DNA of 64,000 bases from Felis catus. Lineage: Eukaryota. The notes under the pieces were generated by a model. The model worked only from the letters and a program-made list of their open reading frames with translations. It was not told the origin of the DNA and searched no databases. Positions 1 through 17,800 of this stretch are shown here, in pieces. The translations under genes were made by a program, and so were the position numbers. The stretch is taken from assembly GCF_018350175.1 (NCBI RefSeq), contig NC_058369.1, positions 14,386,001 to 14,450,000 on the forward strand, given 5' to 3'. Each line of letters opens with the position of its first letter. Position 1 is the stretch's first letter.

Positions 1-71
1 TCAAAGAGGATTTGGTAGACCTCTATCCATGACAGGACCATATGGCCTTCTCCTCCCATCTGCCTTCTCAC

Positions 72-4660
<4,589 letters not shown>

Positions 4661-7536
4661 AGCAGCGGCGCCTGTACCCCGGCGCGGCCTCCTGGGCGCC
4701 CGTCTCTTCTGCAGTGGCGCGTCTGGGCGGGCAGAGGGAGGGGGGTGCCAGGGACCCGGCCGGTCCCGGCCCCGCCCTGCGCAAAGGTCGCCCCCCGCTG
4801 CGCCCTGGTCCCGCCGCAGTTCCTCTACCGCTCCGCTAGCTCCCGGGGAGCCTCTGAGGCCCCTCCTCCTTGAGGCGGCCCCTCTCCCCGCCCCTCTCTC
4901 GCTTCACCCTGGCTGGACTCAGCGCTCTTCTCAGCGGCCTTCCCAGCCGCCCAGCCTGTTTCTCTATAAAAAGGTAGAACACCATGTCTCCGGATTCTTC
5001 CGCTGTTGAGGCGCGGGTCTGCAACCTTGGGGCCCTGGGCCAGCAACTTCATTCTAAGAGAATTCTTTCTCCGGTCCTCCTTCTGCACTTCTGCATTTTC
5101 TGTCCCAGGGCACCAGTGTACCAACCTCGACCCCGAAGAGAAGTCTTTTTAATTCCACATTCCCTAGACCTTCCTCCCCCTAGGATCAAGTGGGCATTGC
5201 CCATATGCGCTAATGGAGGAACCTCAGTCGCTTGGACACAGAGTTCCCTTCAGAGCCCTTGGACTTGAGTGTTCACGCAGTGGCCACACACATTTAAGCA
5301 CGTGTCCGGGTGTGAAGCTTTGACTGCATCTGGGGACTATCTCAAGGCAGGCAGCCAAGATCAAGGGTTGAGGGTCTCTTGAAGGACTCTCTGTGCTGTG
5401 TTCCATGTAGCGTGGGCACCTTGTGGGCAGCTGAGCCTGCGACCCTGCACAGTGGGTGGGGTCAAAGGGAGGGAGTCCAAAGGGTGTGTTTAGATTGGGT
5501 GTGGATTGCTCCAGTTTGGTGAGGAGTTTGGGAACAGTGTTTCTGGCAAGGAGAATAGATCAGGCCTGGGGCCGGTGTGTGGTGGAACAAGAGGGGAGAG
5601 CTGAGGTTCTGAACAGCCTACAGGAGGCTGGGGAAAATGTAAAAGGGTGTGGATGGGGGGTGCTCAGGATCAGGGAGAGGGCGGTACGGTGGGAGAGAGA
5701 ATCAGGCAGCTTTGTCACTCCCTCCAACCAGCTTTGGACTCTTGCCCATGTGGTACTTGTGGCTTTGGAAACAGCAATAACTGCCCTTGGGGGAGCCCAC
5801 AGTCTGTGGTTAGGGAATATTCTAACACTCACCCTTTTTCTACACAGCCCCTTGGCCTTATGCCAGCTGGGGCCCATCTCTGAACCTGCCACCAACCTGA
5901 CAGCCTCCCTCCCTAGTTGTCTATTGCCCATGAAGTTCAGGTTCCTCTGGGTTGACCTGAGGCTCCAGTCTCCTTTCTGGGCTTTTCCCAACTCTAGCAG
6001 TACCAACACACACCCAGGCCTCTTTTCTGTCTGTAAGATGGACCCTCTAGCATTTCCTCACCCCTTAAAGCAGATTCCAGTGTCCCCTCCTCCAGGTACC
6101 TTCTCTGCCCAGGGTCCTTGCTGGGCTGATCCCCTGCAGGACCAGGGGTGTCTGGTCTAGCTGTCCAGCAACCTGGCCTTGCATCCGTGTCTGCAATGAG
6201 CCACCTACACAAGCACACTGAATTCAGAGGCCATCTCTTCCAACTCTCCACTTGCCTGGGAGCAAAGTCCGTGGGCTGAGTCTGGCAAGCCTCCCAGTCA
6301 CTGAGAATTCAATTAAGGGGTGACCTTTACCTGGATGGCAAGGTGCCTGGGACTAATGCCTAGGGTCCCTATCCATGGAAACTTTGGCTCCCTAGAGCTA
6401 CTCTTGTGCTCAAGCCCGGGGACTCCTGGGCAGCCTCCATGCATGGGAATGTCACCCCTTTGCCCTGCTCTGGGCTGTGTCCATGGAGGGGAGACAGGGT
6501 GGCATACATCATTCCAGCCTGGGCTCTGCTGTTGAGACTCCCAGTACCTGGACACTCCCACCCCTGCCCATTAAGACACTCCCCAGGCTGCCTCCATGAC
6601 AGTTCCTCTTCGCAGCATTTATCAGTCTCAGGTTCACTGCCATGCCAGGGGGCAGATCCTATCCATTCAATCAGTGTTGTGTTTACTGAATGACAGAATG
6701 CAGGCTAGCCCAGAAGCCCAGCTCCAGCTAGAGTTTTCAGAGCCCATGAGCCCACATGGTGTTGAGCAGAACCCACTAGGGGCATGTGTGGGCATATGGG
6801 GGAGTTGTGGGGACCCCTCAGATCTCCAAGCCATAATACTTCAAGCAGGGCTCTCGGATTCCTGGGACCCCACCCAACCTTCTCACTCAGCAGCTGCAAC
6901 TGAGGAAGAGCCCCAGGTGGTCTCGGCACAAATGGGACGTGCAGGCTCTGAAGATGTAGGCTGCATCTGCCCATAAAGCCACCTCCTGGGGCATGAGCCC
7001 CAGGGACTTAAGTGTCTACCCCAATGGCAGGACCCAGGGCAGCTGGGGCAGCCTAGGCTGCAGCTATCACAGGCTAGGCTTGCCGTGTGTGACTGTTGCA
7101 GGGAGGAGTCGTCGTCAGCGCCACCTGCTGGCAAGGTGACTGGCATAGGTGTGCCCTGGGTAGACATGCCTCACACTTCTAAGGTCTGGGCCCTGTCTAG
7201 GGACCCCTTCCAACGTCCTCCTGCAGCACAGTGCTACACTGGGATGCCCCTGATGTCTCTGGTCCAGGTGCAGCCAGCTCTTGTTTGGCCAGCCACCAGT
7301 CCCACTCAGGAGGTCCATGGACGCTCCCCTCAACTCTAACCCAGGATGATGGGGTGGGGGGAGGGAGGCCACAGGCAGACAGGGTCTAGGTGGTTTTCTC
7401 AGATTCTTCAAACATTAGGGAACCTTCCCAGCAGGATCCCAGCCCATCTGCCCAGCCCAGCCCTGCAGCTAAGGAAACAGGAGTGGTTTCTGGTGATGGC
7501 AAAACCAGGCTGCCATGGTGGGCAAGCGCTGGAACT

Positions 7537-7542
7537 TTTAAT
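7537..7542 (-). terminator. SUGP1 polyadenylation signal ATTAAA
   Basis: tttaat on + reads ATTAAA on -, about 120 nt after the stop codon. Confidence 0.7.
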
Positions 7543-7659
7543 ACACGGCACGACACTCGAGACGACGGGAAGGGCAGGCAGAAATGCAGGCCGGAACATT
7601 CCACAGTCCAGGGACGGTCGGTCGTTTGGAAAATACGTTCGTGTGTTTTTCTGGAATAC

Positions 7660-7686
7660 TCAGTAGTAAGGCCGTCTGGGGTTGTT
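7660..7686 (-). CDS. SUGP1: SUGP1 exon 14 (coding part)
   Basis: NNPRRPYY followed by TGA; pyrimidine-rich acceptor ending cag at 7687. Confidence 0.93.
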   Translation of the reverse strand, partial: NNPRRPYY

Positions 7687-10600
7687 CTGTGGGAGGCAAA
7701 TAAGATAAAATGGGGAGAAGGGGAGGGGGTGAATGCTAAAGACAGCCGTTCCTCCTGCCCAGAACCTTCTAGGGACTACTGAGCTCACCAGAGCTCAGAG
7801 GGGAGGGCAGGTGGAAAGGTGTAGAGTTGCTGGTGAGACATTGCCTAGCTAGACTGGGGAAGGAGGGGAAGCTCTGTTACCAGCACTGCCACCCCCCTGT
7901 GGAGATTCTGGAGAGCCCAGCCAGAAGCCGTGTGGGAGGCTGGGGACACACGCACCAGGGGGTTAGGTCGGAAGCGGTAGGCCAGCATCATCCTCTTGCG
8001 AAAGGCCTCATACTCGTCATCCTCCTTGGAGAGCTCTGCTGGCCGGTCGATGCCAAAGCCGGCTCCATCTACTGTGGTGGTGCCCCTGCAGGGGAATGAC
8101 AGGGCAGAGTAAGCAGGGGGCCAGGCCAGTGCCAGCAGAAGGGTGGTAGGGGGAGCGTACACTCACTTGTTGACCGGGTTCTTGATGCCCTGGCCCTCTG
8201 AACCCAGCCCGTCACCCTCCTTCCAGCCCATTTTCATCAGCATCTGATAGCCAATGTTCTCCACCGTCAGTTTGAACTCCTTGTACTCGGAGTAGTCAGG
8301 CTCTCGGCCCTCCTGCAAGGCAAGGAGTTGGCTGTCATCTACCAGGGCTACAACTGTCCCAGGTCCCAGCCCTGGCTTGAACAGCCTCCACCCACCGCAC
8401 TGCCCACAACAACCTCACTGGCTGCTGGGACCACCTGCCCATCTGCCTCCTCTGCACCAGATCAGGTTCCTTGAGAACAGACCAAGATGCTCTTTCTCAG
8501 GGTCCCCAGGGCCAGACTTTGTACCAAGCTGCCTGGTGGCCAAGTCAAAGAGGGCAAGGTGATGGGTCACACAGGCCTCACCCACCACAGGAAAAATTAA
8601 TGGTTCATTAGCAACAAAAAGCCCTATGTTCTGAGGGCAATTCATTACACAGAATGCTAAAACATGTGGTCAATAAGGTGCCTGCCTTGTTGATGAGGTT
8701 ATGCGGTACAAAAGCGGCTTTACAAAAATCCCCCAAAAGAGGGCATGGGATGTGTCCCGTCAGCTGTCTCTCCTCACGAGCATGAGAACAGCATGGGAGG
8801 AATGTGAAGTTCTTGTTCTGGAGAACCCAGTCCTTGGGGACTTCTGCCTGAGAAACGCTTTGCCTGTAAACTGCACTTAATTGGCTCCACTGAAAGCAGA
8901 ATTTCCCTGAAGCCCTGGGAAATGTTTCTAAAGCGGCAGCTGAGCTGTTATTTGCTAATTCCCTTCACAGACGGTGTCTATCATAAACAGATGCCTCCTG
9001 AGGCAAGAGGGCCCAGCTCCTCCTGTGAATGAGGGGGGCCTGGAGGCTGCCTCAGGCGCCTGCCTCGTGATGCTAACAGGAGGGGCTGGAACACTCGAAG
9101 GGCTGCCTGCTAGACAGGCCTACCTCAGGGGCTGGTGCCCAGGGATGCTCCCAGCTCACCTTCAGGGCCTTGAAGGTTTCCATGAACTTCTCCAGCTCAT
9201 CTGGTGGCAGGAAGTCTCCAATAAAGTGCTTGCCACGGCCCATCTTTGTCAGCTGCTCGGCCCATTCTGCCCGTAGAGGAGGGAAAGGTGAGAGGAGAAA
9301 AGGAAGAAGTCAGGGAGTGGGCTGGGTGGTCCCACAGCACGGTCTGAGTCTTGTGCGGGGAGGGGAGTCTGGGGCTATGGGGGAATGAGGCAGATGGTTG
9401 AGACCCTGACCCAAACCCCTGCTGCTCCAGGCAGCCCTGCTAAGTGCCATGTTCAGACAGCAGTGAACACTTACAAAGAACCATTTCTTTTTCCTCTGAG
9501 GAACCTGAGGCGCAGAGAAGCTGAATCTCTTGCCCAAGGTCTTATAGGTTGGGCAGGTGGTTTAAGGCCCCAGTGTGGTGTCTCCAGGTGCCTTCCCAGG
9601 CAGGTGAGTGTGGCTTCCTGAGCCTGCAGTACCCTTAGGGCAAGGCCTCAGCTAGGTACCGTGCCCCACCTGCAATGTGCTCTTTGGCTCACCCCGAGTC
9701 TTGTCCATCTCCATGCGCCGCAGCTGGTGTTCCCAGGTGCCCAGCTCGCTGTCTACCTCCTCGTCGCTGTCGTAGCCATGCTGGTGCTGCTGCAGTGCCT
9801 TCTCCCACAACAGCTGCATGTCCTGCATCGCACGCTTGTGCTGCATGATCATGTCATACATCTGCTGCATCTGCGGGCAGCACATGCCAGTGAGCAAGGC
9901 AATGTACCACACGTGTAGGAGGCCAACCCCCTGGCCTTCCCTATGCAGGTCAGGCCCCCTCACCCTTCCCACTTTCTGCCCTCCCTGGGCCGGCACGTGA
10001 GCAGGGCTTGGAGCCAGCACTCAAGACAAAGTCCTGTACCAGACCATGCCCTGGGTTTCTTGGATCCCTGTTTTCAGCAGGGAGGAGCCCTCTCTGCCTC
10101 ACCCAGTCTGGTATCTGGCCCGAACCCAGCACATCCTGGGCACCCTTGCTGTGGACCAAATGAGGGCACCGCAAGCCCCTGATCACGGAAGGGTTGAAGG
10201 AGATGTGACAGGGCCGTCAGGCTGGAGGAGGTGACAAGGGTGAGCTGTCCCTAAGAACCAAGGGTGTGCCTGTAGTTCCCCAGGAAAGCAGCAGAGGCTA
10301 AGCCCCTGGCCATAGAGCTCCCTGCCAAGCCAGCCCTCATCCCAACACAGGCAACACCAACTGAGCATTTGTCACATCGTTCAGGGCGCCCAGTGCTAGC
10401 CAGGCCTGTCCTGTACTGGATGTTGGAGGGCACTGGAAGGAGAGCTTAAAATGGAGACTACCTAGTCAGGAACAGCCCACGAGCATGTCGGGGAATAGTT
10501 GTGGAGCATCAGCCTCAGGGGCTGCCCAGGCAGTGTGAGGACTGAGCTCTGGGTCCAATTGCAGGCTGGGAAGGGCCTTTGGGGGGTGAAATGCCATTGA

Positions 10601-13600
10601 CAAGGGCGTGCCTATCCAAGAACCTCTCCACTGATGGTGGGATCCACCCAGCACAGGGAGGCTCAGAAAGAATAGAACATGACCACTGTCCTGTGAGGTG
10701 AGGGGACAATACTCCATTGGCCCCTTTGGAGCCTGCCTGCTCTATGCCACACAGACTTACCTCCTGTTGCTCCTTTAGCTGCTTCTTCTGGGCATCTGAC
10801 AGCTCTGTGACACCCACCAGACCTACAGGCTTCCCTTTCTCATAGCCAAGCCCCTTGAGGTCCTGAACTGGAAATAAGACACAGGCTGATCAACAACGGA
10901 TGGACAGGTCCAGACCTGCTCCTGCATGTGGTACAGCGTCCATGCGCTGACGACATCTGAGGCACTTAGCGCACATGGCACAAGGCCTTCACATCACAAC
11001 GGTTGGTATCCTGTGTCACGTGATGATCCCAGGGGCCTCACCGTGCTGTCACGTGCATCTAGTGTCACCCTCACATGACCTCTCCAGGCAGGCTCTATAC
11101 CCCTATGTGTAGATGATGACATCAGAACTTAGAGGTCCAGGACCTCCCTCAAGGTCACATATCTAATGGGTGACATGAGGGGGACTTTGCAAAGGCAAAG
11201 ACAGGAGAGGAGAGATAAACATGTGCCCGTGTGTGTGTGTGCATTCACACACTGACTCTTAGAGATAAGCCCTGCAGGGAACAGACACCCAGTGTAGACA
11301 CACGAGGGTTTAGAGTCTGGCATAAGACTCAGCTCTGTGTATAGCTCTGTTAGCTCCTTCTGGGGAAGCAGCCGACCATCCTCAAAGCAACTGACATTTA
11401 ATTTGGCATCAGCTTTGGAGCTTGGCTGGAGCCAGCAACACTAATCCACATGAAGATGCTGTGACAGCCCCATCTGGGTGGCGGAAACAACCACCCCTCA
11501 GGCGGTGGCTTCCTGGGGGAGGAGACGCTGGGCAGAGGGGGATACAGAGGCCCTTCTGGTATGTGCAAAGAGCCAGATTCTCCTAGCTCACCAGGGCTGG
11601 GGCTTCACCTGCAAGAACCACTCACAAGTGCTTCTTGAGCCCATGTTTATTCCCCAATACCTCCTGGAAGGTCTGTGTGGGAGCCCTGTGGAGAGGGCAA
11701 GGGAGTCAAGGTCTGAGCAGCCTGCTGTGTGCCTGGAATGTACCCAAAGTCCCCCTCCTCCAGTCACTTTACCAGCAAGCAAGCAGGTGGGGGCTGTTCA
11801 CACCCTCCCAGGGACGACACAGGCCAGTGAGACCTAAACCTGGATATGTGACTTCGGAGCCTGTGCACTAGACGACAGGGAGGCCTCCTCACCAGCTGGG
11901 AGCTGGGGCCAGACCTCAAGGACATGGTTTCAGAACTGTGGCATGCACACATCAGAACAAGACTCATGGCAGAGCACCCTTCGTTATAGGGGGGCACCTG
12001 AGTTCGGCATTTGACAGCAATCTGACCCTAGGCAGAGATGCTACCTGGAACCACACTGAGTACTAGAATCTTCACTAGCTTTTCTCCTTGGACAAGGGAA
12101 GCACTGAACAGACAACCTCCAGAACTGGATGGGAAAGGCCAACAGGCTAGCCATGTGACTTGGGTCAGCTGTCTTCCCTCTTGGTCCATCATAAATAAAA
12201 TAAACGTAGGTGTCAGCACCAGAGCACATATGACTCCTCTATGTATCTGTGTGTTCAGGGGTGAGGGAGGTTGAGACGGTTCTGTGTGCAGGGCAGGCTG
12301 TGTGGAGGGCAGTGAGACAGATGCCGTAAGATAGCCTCTCTCAGTCACCGATTATCACCTGCAGAATGTGATGACAACAAACTCCCCACTCTACTGGCCG
12401 CTTTGTGGTAGAAAATGAGAAACAAGACCACATGTTGGCCATCTCTGAAACTGTCAAGGAGGCAGATGTTGCAGTTGATTGTGCAAAACTGTGGCAATTA
12501 TGGTGCTTATCATCATGCATTTCTTGAGCTTTCTATGACAAGAATGAATCCAAGTACTTTAAAGCTTAAGGGAGATAGCAGGATTGATCTATATGCTGTG
12601 TACAAGGCACTCGCCTTAGATACGAAGTCACAAATAAGTTGAAAGTGAAAGGATGGAAAAATGTATTTCATACAAATAGCAACTGAGAGAGCTGGGGTGG
12701 CCATACTAGCATCAGACAAAATAGACTTCCGGTCCAAAACGGTTACAAGAGAAAAAGAAGGATGTTCTATATTGATAAAAAATGTAAAACAGAAAGAAGA
12801 TAGAACTTGAGGCGCTTGGGTGGCTCAGTCTGCTGAGCATTTGACTCTTGATTTTGGCTCAGGTCATGATCCCAGGGATGTAGGATCTCGCTGAGCGTGG
12901 AGCCTGCTTAAGATAGATTCATTCATTCATTCATTCATTCATTCATTCATTCTCATTCTCTCTCCCTCTCCGCACCTGGGTGGCTTGGTTAAGTGTCTGA
13001 CTTCGGGTCAGGTCATGATCTTGAGGTTTGTGGGTTTGAGCCCCACATTGGGCTCACTGCTGTCAGCCTGTCAGCCCACTCTCTGCTCCTCCCTCACTTG
13101 CGCTCTCCCAAAAATACATAAATATTAAAAAAAAAAAAAAGATTCTCTGTCCCTCTCTCCCACTTGCATGTGTGCGCACTCTCTCAAAAAAAGAGACATC
13201 CCCCCACACCCTACCTAACAAAAGAGCCTCATGATATATGAAGCAAAAATTGACAAAATTGAAGGGAGAAATGGACAGTTCAACAATAGTAACTAGAGAT
13301 GTCAATACCCCATTTTTCATATCAATAAGGATATGGAAGATTATAGAAGATTAAACACTACACCAGCGATGCCTAACAGATGTATACAGAACGTGCAATC
13401 CAGCAATGGCAGAAGACAGTCTTCTTGTGTGCACATAAAACATTCTCTAGGAAAGATTACATTTGGACTACAAAATGAGTTTCAATACATTTTAAAAGAC
13501 TGAAATCACAAAGTATCTTTTCTGATCACAATGGAATCAAGCTAGAAATCATTAACAGAAGGAAAACTGGTAAACTCACAAATATGTGGAAATTGAACAA

Positions 13601-14788
13601 CACACTCTTAAACAATCAATAGATCAAAGAGGAAGTCACCAAGAAAGATTAGAAAATAAGAGATGAGGGGAGCATGCGTGGCTCAGTCAGTTAAGCGTCT
13701 GTCTTCCATTCAGGTCATGATCTCATGATTTGTGAGTTCGAGCCCTGCGTGTCTGTCTCTGTCTCTCTGTCTCTCTGTCTCTCTGTCTCTCTCCCCCTCC
13801 CCTGGCTGTGCTCTGTCTCAAAAAATATATAAACTTAAAAGATCTCCAATTAATAACCTGACTGTCCACCTTAAAGAACTAGAAAAGGAAAAGCAAACTA
13901 ATTCCAGAGCTAGCAGAGGGAAGGAAATGAAGATTAGAATGAAGATATAGGAAATAGGAAATATAAATATGGTACAGATGGGGCACCTGGATGGCTCAGT
14001 CAGTAAGCATCCAACTCTGGCTCAGGTCATCATCTCCAGGTTTGTGAGTTCGACCCCCACATCGTGCTCTCTGGTGTCAGTGCAGAGCCCCCTTCAGATC
14101 CTCTCTCCCCCTTTCTCTCTGCCCCTCTCCTGCTCGCGAGCATACACATGCTCGCTCTCTCAAAAATAAAGAAAAAGGAGGAGGAGGAGGAGGAGGAGGA
14201 GGAGGAGGAGGAGGAGGAGAAGAAGAAGAAGAAGAAGAAGAAGAAGAAAAAGAAGAAGAAGAAATATGGTAGAGTAAATCCATAGAATCAAAAGTTGTTT
14301 TTTTTTTTTAAAGATGAACAAAATGACATACCTTTAGACAGATTACCTAAGAAAAAAGAGAAAAAACTCACTAAAATCAGAAATCAAAGAGGGAGGGAAT
14401 ATTACTAATGATTTTATAGAAATAAAAAGGGATTGCAAAAGAATACTATGAACACCTAGAAGCCAACAAGTTGGATAACCTAGATGAAGTGAACCAATTC
14501 CTAGAAACCCGTAAATTACCAAAACTAGCTCAAGAAGAAATAGAAAATCTGAATAGACTTAAAACAAGGAAATTGAATCAGCAACCAATAACTTCTCATC
14601 GGGGCGCCTGGGTGGCTCAGTTGGTTGAGCATCCGACTTCAGCTTAGGTCATGACCTTGAGGTTCATGAGTTCAAGCCCTGCATCAGGCCCACTGCTGTC
14701 AGTGCAGAGCCTGCTTCAGATCTTCTGTCCCTCTCTCTCTCTGCCCCTTCCCTGCTTGCACTCTCTCTCCCAAAAATAAATAAATCTC

Positions 14789-14842
<54 letters not shown>

Positions 14843-17800
14843 CCTCCCAACAAAGAAAAGCCCTGAACCAGATGGTGTTACTGGTGAATTCTACCAGACA
14901 TTTAAAAGAATAACTCATGCTAATTCTTCTCAAACTCTTCCAAAAAATTGAAGGGAACATTTCCTCATTTCAAAACACTACTATTACCCTGATACCAAAA
15001 GCAGACAAAAACACCACAAGAAAACTAGAGACCAATATTCCTTATGAATATAGATGCAGACAGACACAACAAAATACCAGCAAACTGAATACAACCACAT
15101 GGTAAAAGGATTATGCACCATGACCAAGTGGGATTTATCACAGAAGTGCAAACGTGGTTTAAATAGTTCTGATACCAATTCCAAATGTGTGTATGGTCGG
15201 GGTGGGGGGGGGGAGAGGAGAGGGTTCCCCACACCAACAAACAATTCTCAGACACCTGCTGGGTGTCCTGTAGTTTAGTTCAATTCTATCACTATCTACC
15301 AGGAGGTAGCATCAGATTTCATGGGTTAAGGGGTCAGTCTTACAAGACTGCTCCTCCCTCCCACATCAACTTTAGATGCCAACTGCAAGCCCAAGTCATC
15401 ACCTATGCTTCTAACTGGCTGTAGATCAGAGGTTCCCACAATCCCCTCTCTGGATTCAATTAATTTGCTAGAGTGGCTCATAGAACTCAGAGAACACTTT
15501 ACTTACAAGATGATTGCTTTACTTATATGTCATAAAAGGATGTAAGTTAGGAAAGCCAGGTGGAAAAAACAAGGTATGGGGAAGGGCAAGGTATGGGGCA
15601 AGTGCCCAGAGCTTCTATGCCACTGAGCATGCCACTGTCTCTGAACCTCCATGTGTTCATCAACCTGGAAGCTCTCTGAACCCTGTCTTTTGGGTTTTTT
15701 ATGGAGGCCTCACTGCATAGGCATGATTGATGAAATCATTACCCGCTGATCAACTCAACCTCCAGCCCCTTTAGCCTCCCTGGATATCAGGGGGTGGTGG
15801 GACTGAATGTTCCAACCTTTTACTTATGGTTGGTTCCCCTGGCAACCAGCCCCGATCCTTAGGTGCTTTCCAAAAGTCACCTCAGTAACATAAAATCCAG
15901 TTGTGGTAGAAAGGGGCTTATTAATAACAAGACACCCATTTCACCTTTATGGCCCTGAAGCATTTTCATGACCTGAGGACGGAGACCAAATAATACAACA
16001 AAAGATGCTCCCATTGCTCTTATCACTCAGGAAATTCCAAGAGTTTTGGGAGAACTGTGAGCCAGGAACTGTGAACAAAGGCCAAATACATATGAGAAAT
16101 ATTACTTTGGTCACCTGAATGGTCAAATAGGTATTTCTTATAAACCACAATATTGCATGGTTCAATATAAAAAAATTAACCAGTGAAACACGCGTTAGCA
16201 GACTAAAGGAAAAAAAAAACCATCCAATCATTTCAATTGATGCAGAAAAAGCATTTGACAAAATCTAACACACCTCCATGATAAAAACATTAAATAAACT
16301 AGGAACAGAAAGGAACTTCCTCAACATGATAAAGGTCACATATAAAAAACACATAGCTAGGGGCACCTGGGTGGGTCAGTTGGTTGGGCGTCCAACTCTT
16401 GGTTTTGGCTTAGGTCATAACCTCACGGTTTTAAGGGTTTGAGCCCTGTGTTGGGCTCTGTGCTGACAGCTTGGAGCCTGTTTAAAATTCTCTCTCTGCC
16501 CCTCGCCCAGCTCATTCTCTATCTCAAAATAAATAAATAAACTTAAAAACAAAAAACATAGCTAACATTACACTCAATAGTGAAAGGCTAAAGTCATTCC
16601 CCCTCAGATCAAAACAAGGTATGGATGCCCATTATTCCAACCTCTATTCAAATAGTACTAGAAGTTCTAGCAATTAGGCAAGGAAAAGAAATAATAAGAG
16701 GGATCCCACTTGGAAAGGAAGAAGTAAAATGATCTCTATTTGAAGATGACATGATCATAATTATACACAGGAAAACCTAAAAAATCCACGAAAAGATTGT
16801 CAATGCTAATAAATGAATTCAGGAAAGCTGAAGGATCCAACGTCAACGTGCAAAAAAAAATCAGTTGTATTTCTATACATTAGCAACAAATAATCCTAAA
16901 AGAAAATTTTAAAAGCAATTGTTTAAAAGGCATTAAAAAAATAAATCACTTAGGAATAAAGTTAACTAAGGGGGTATAAGACACATACAATGAAAACTAC
17001 AAAACATGATGAAAAATTAACAAAGACCTAAGTCAATGGAAAGACATCTTGTGTGCACAGACTGGAAGACTGGTTGTTGTTGGTGGTGGTGCATTTGTTG
17101 TAAGAAAGACTTAAATATTGTTAATATGTCCATACTGTCCAAAGCAATCTACAGACTCAGTACAATCTCTATCAAAATTCCAACTGTTTTTACCAAATGG
17201 AAAAGCGCATCTGAAAATTCAAGACCCTCAATAGCCAAAGCTTGAAAAAGAACAAAGTTGGAAGATTCACACTCTCAATTTCAAAACTTACTACAAAGCT
17301 ACAATAATCAAAATAGTTGGTACTGATCTAAGGATAGACATACAAACCAGTATAATAGAATACAGAGCCCAGAAATAAACCCTTACATCTCTGGACAATT
17401 GAGTTTTGACAAGGGTGTCAAGACCATTCAATGGGGAAAGAAAAGCCTCTTCAACAAATGGTGCTGCAACACTGGATCTCCACATGCAAAAGAATAAAGA
17501 TGGATCCTTAGCTTATATCATATATAAAAATTACCTCAAAATAAATCAGAGTTCCAAGACATAAAAAAACCCAGAACACAGGGGCAAATCTTTGTGACCT
17601 TGAATTTAGCTTTGGTTTCATAAATGAAACCAAAAGCACAGGCAACAAAGGGAAAAATAAACCGAACTCTGTCAAAATTTAAAACTTCTGTGCATCAAAG
17701 GACACTATCGAGGGATAAAAAGACAATCCACAGAATGAGAGGATGCATTTGCAAACCATCTGAATAGGGGGTTAATATGCAGAATATATAAAGAATCCGT

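Larger units (their letters stand above)
13667..14840 (+). mobile_element. Three Can-SINEs (about 13667-13840, 13980-14264, 14601-14790)
   Basis: Conserved SINEC heads; tails expanded into (GAG)n(AAG)n and (AC)25. Confidence 0.9.

Noticed and set aside
5274..5290. ChoRE-like CACGCA-n5-CACACA upstream of TM6SF2
   Set aside because: Several mismatches to consensus; too weak without binding data.
5456..6160. 234-aa ORF between TM6SF2 and SUGP1
   Set aside because: Non-ATG start, no recognisable domain, and it overlaps decayed repeat-like sequence.
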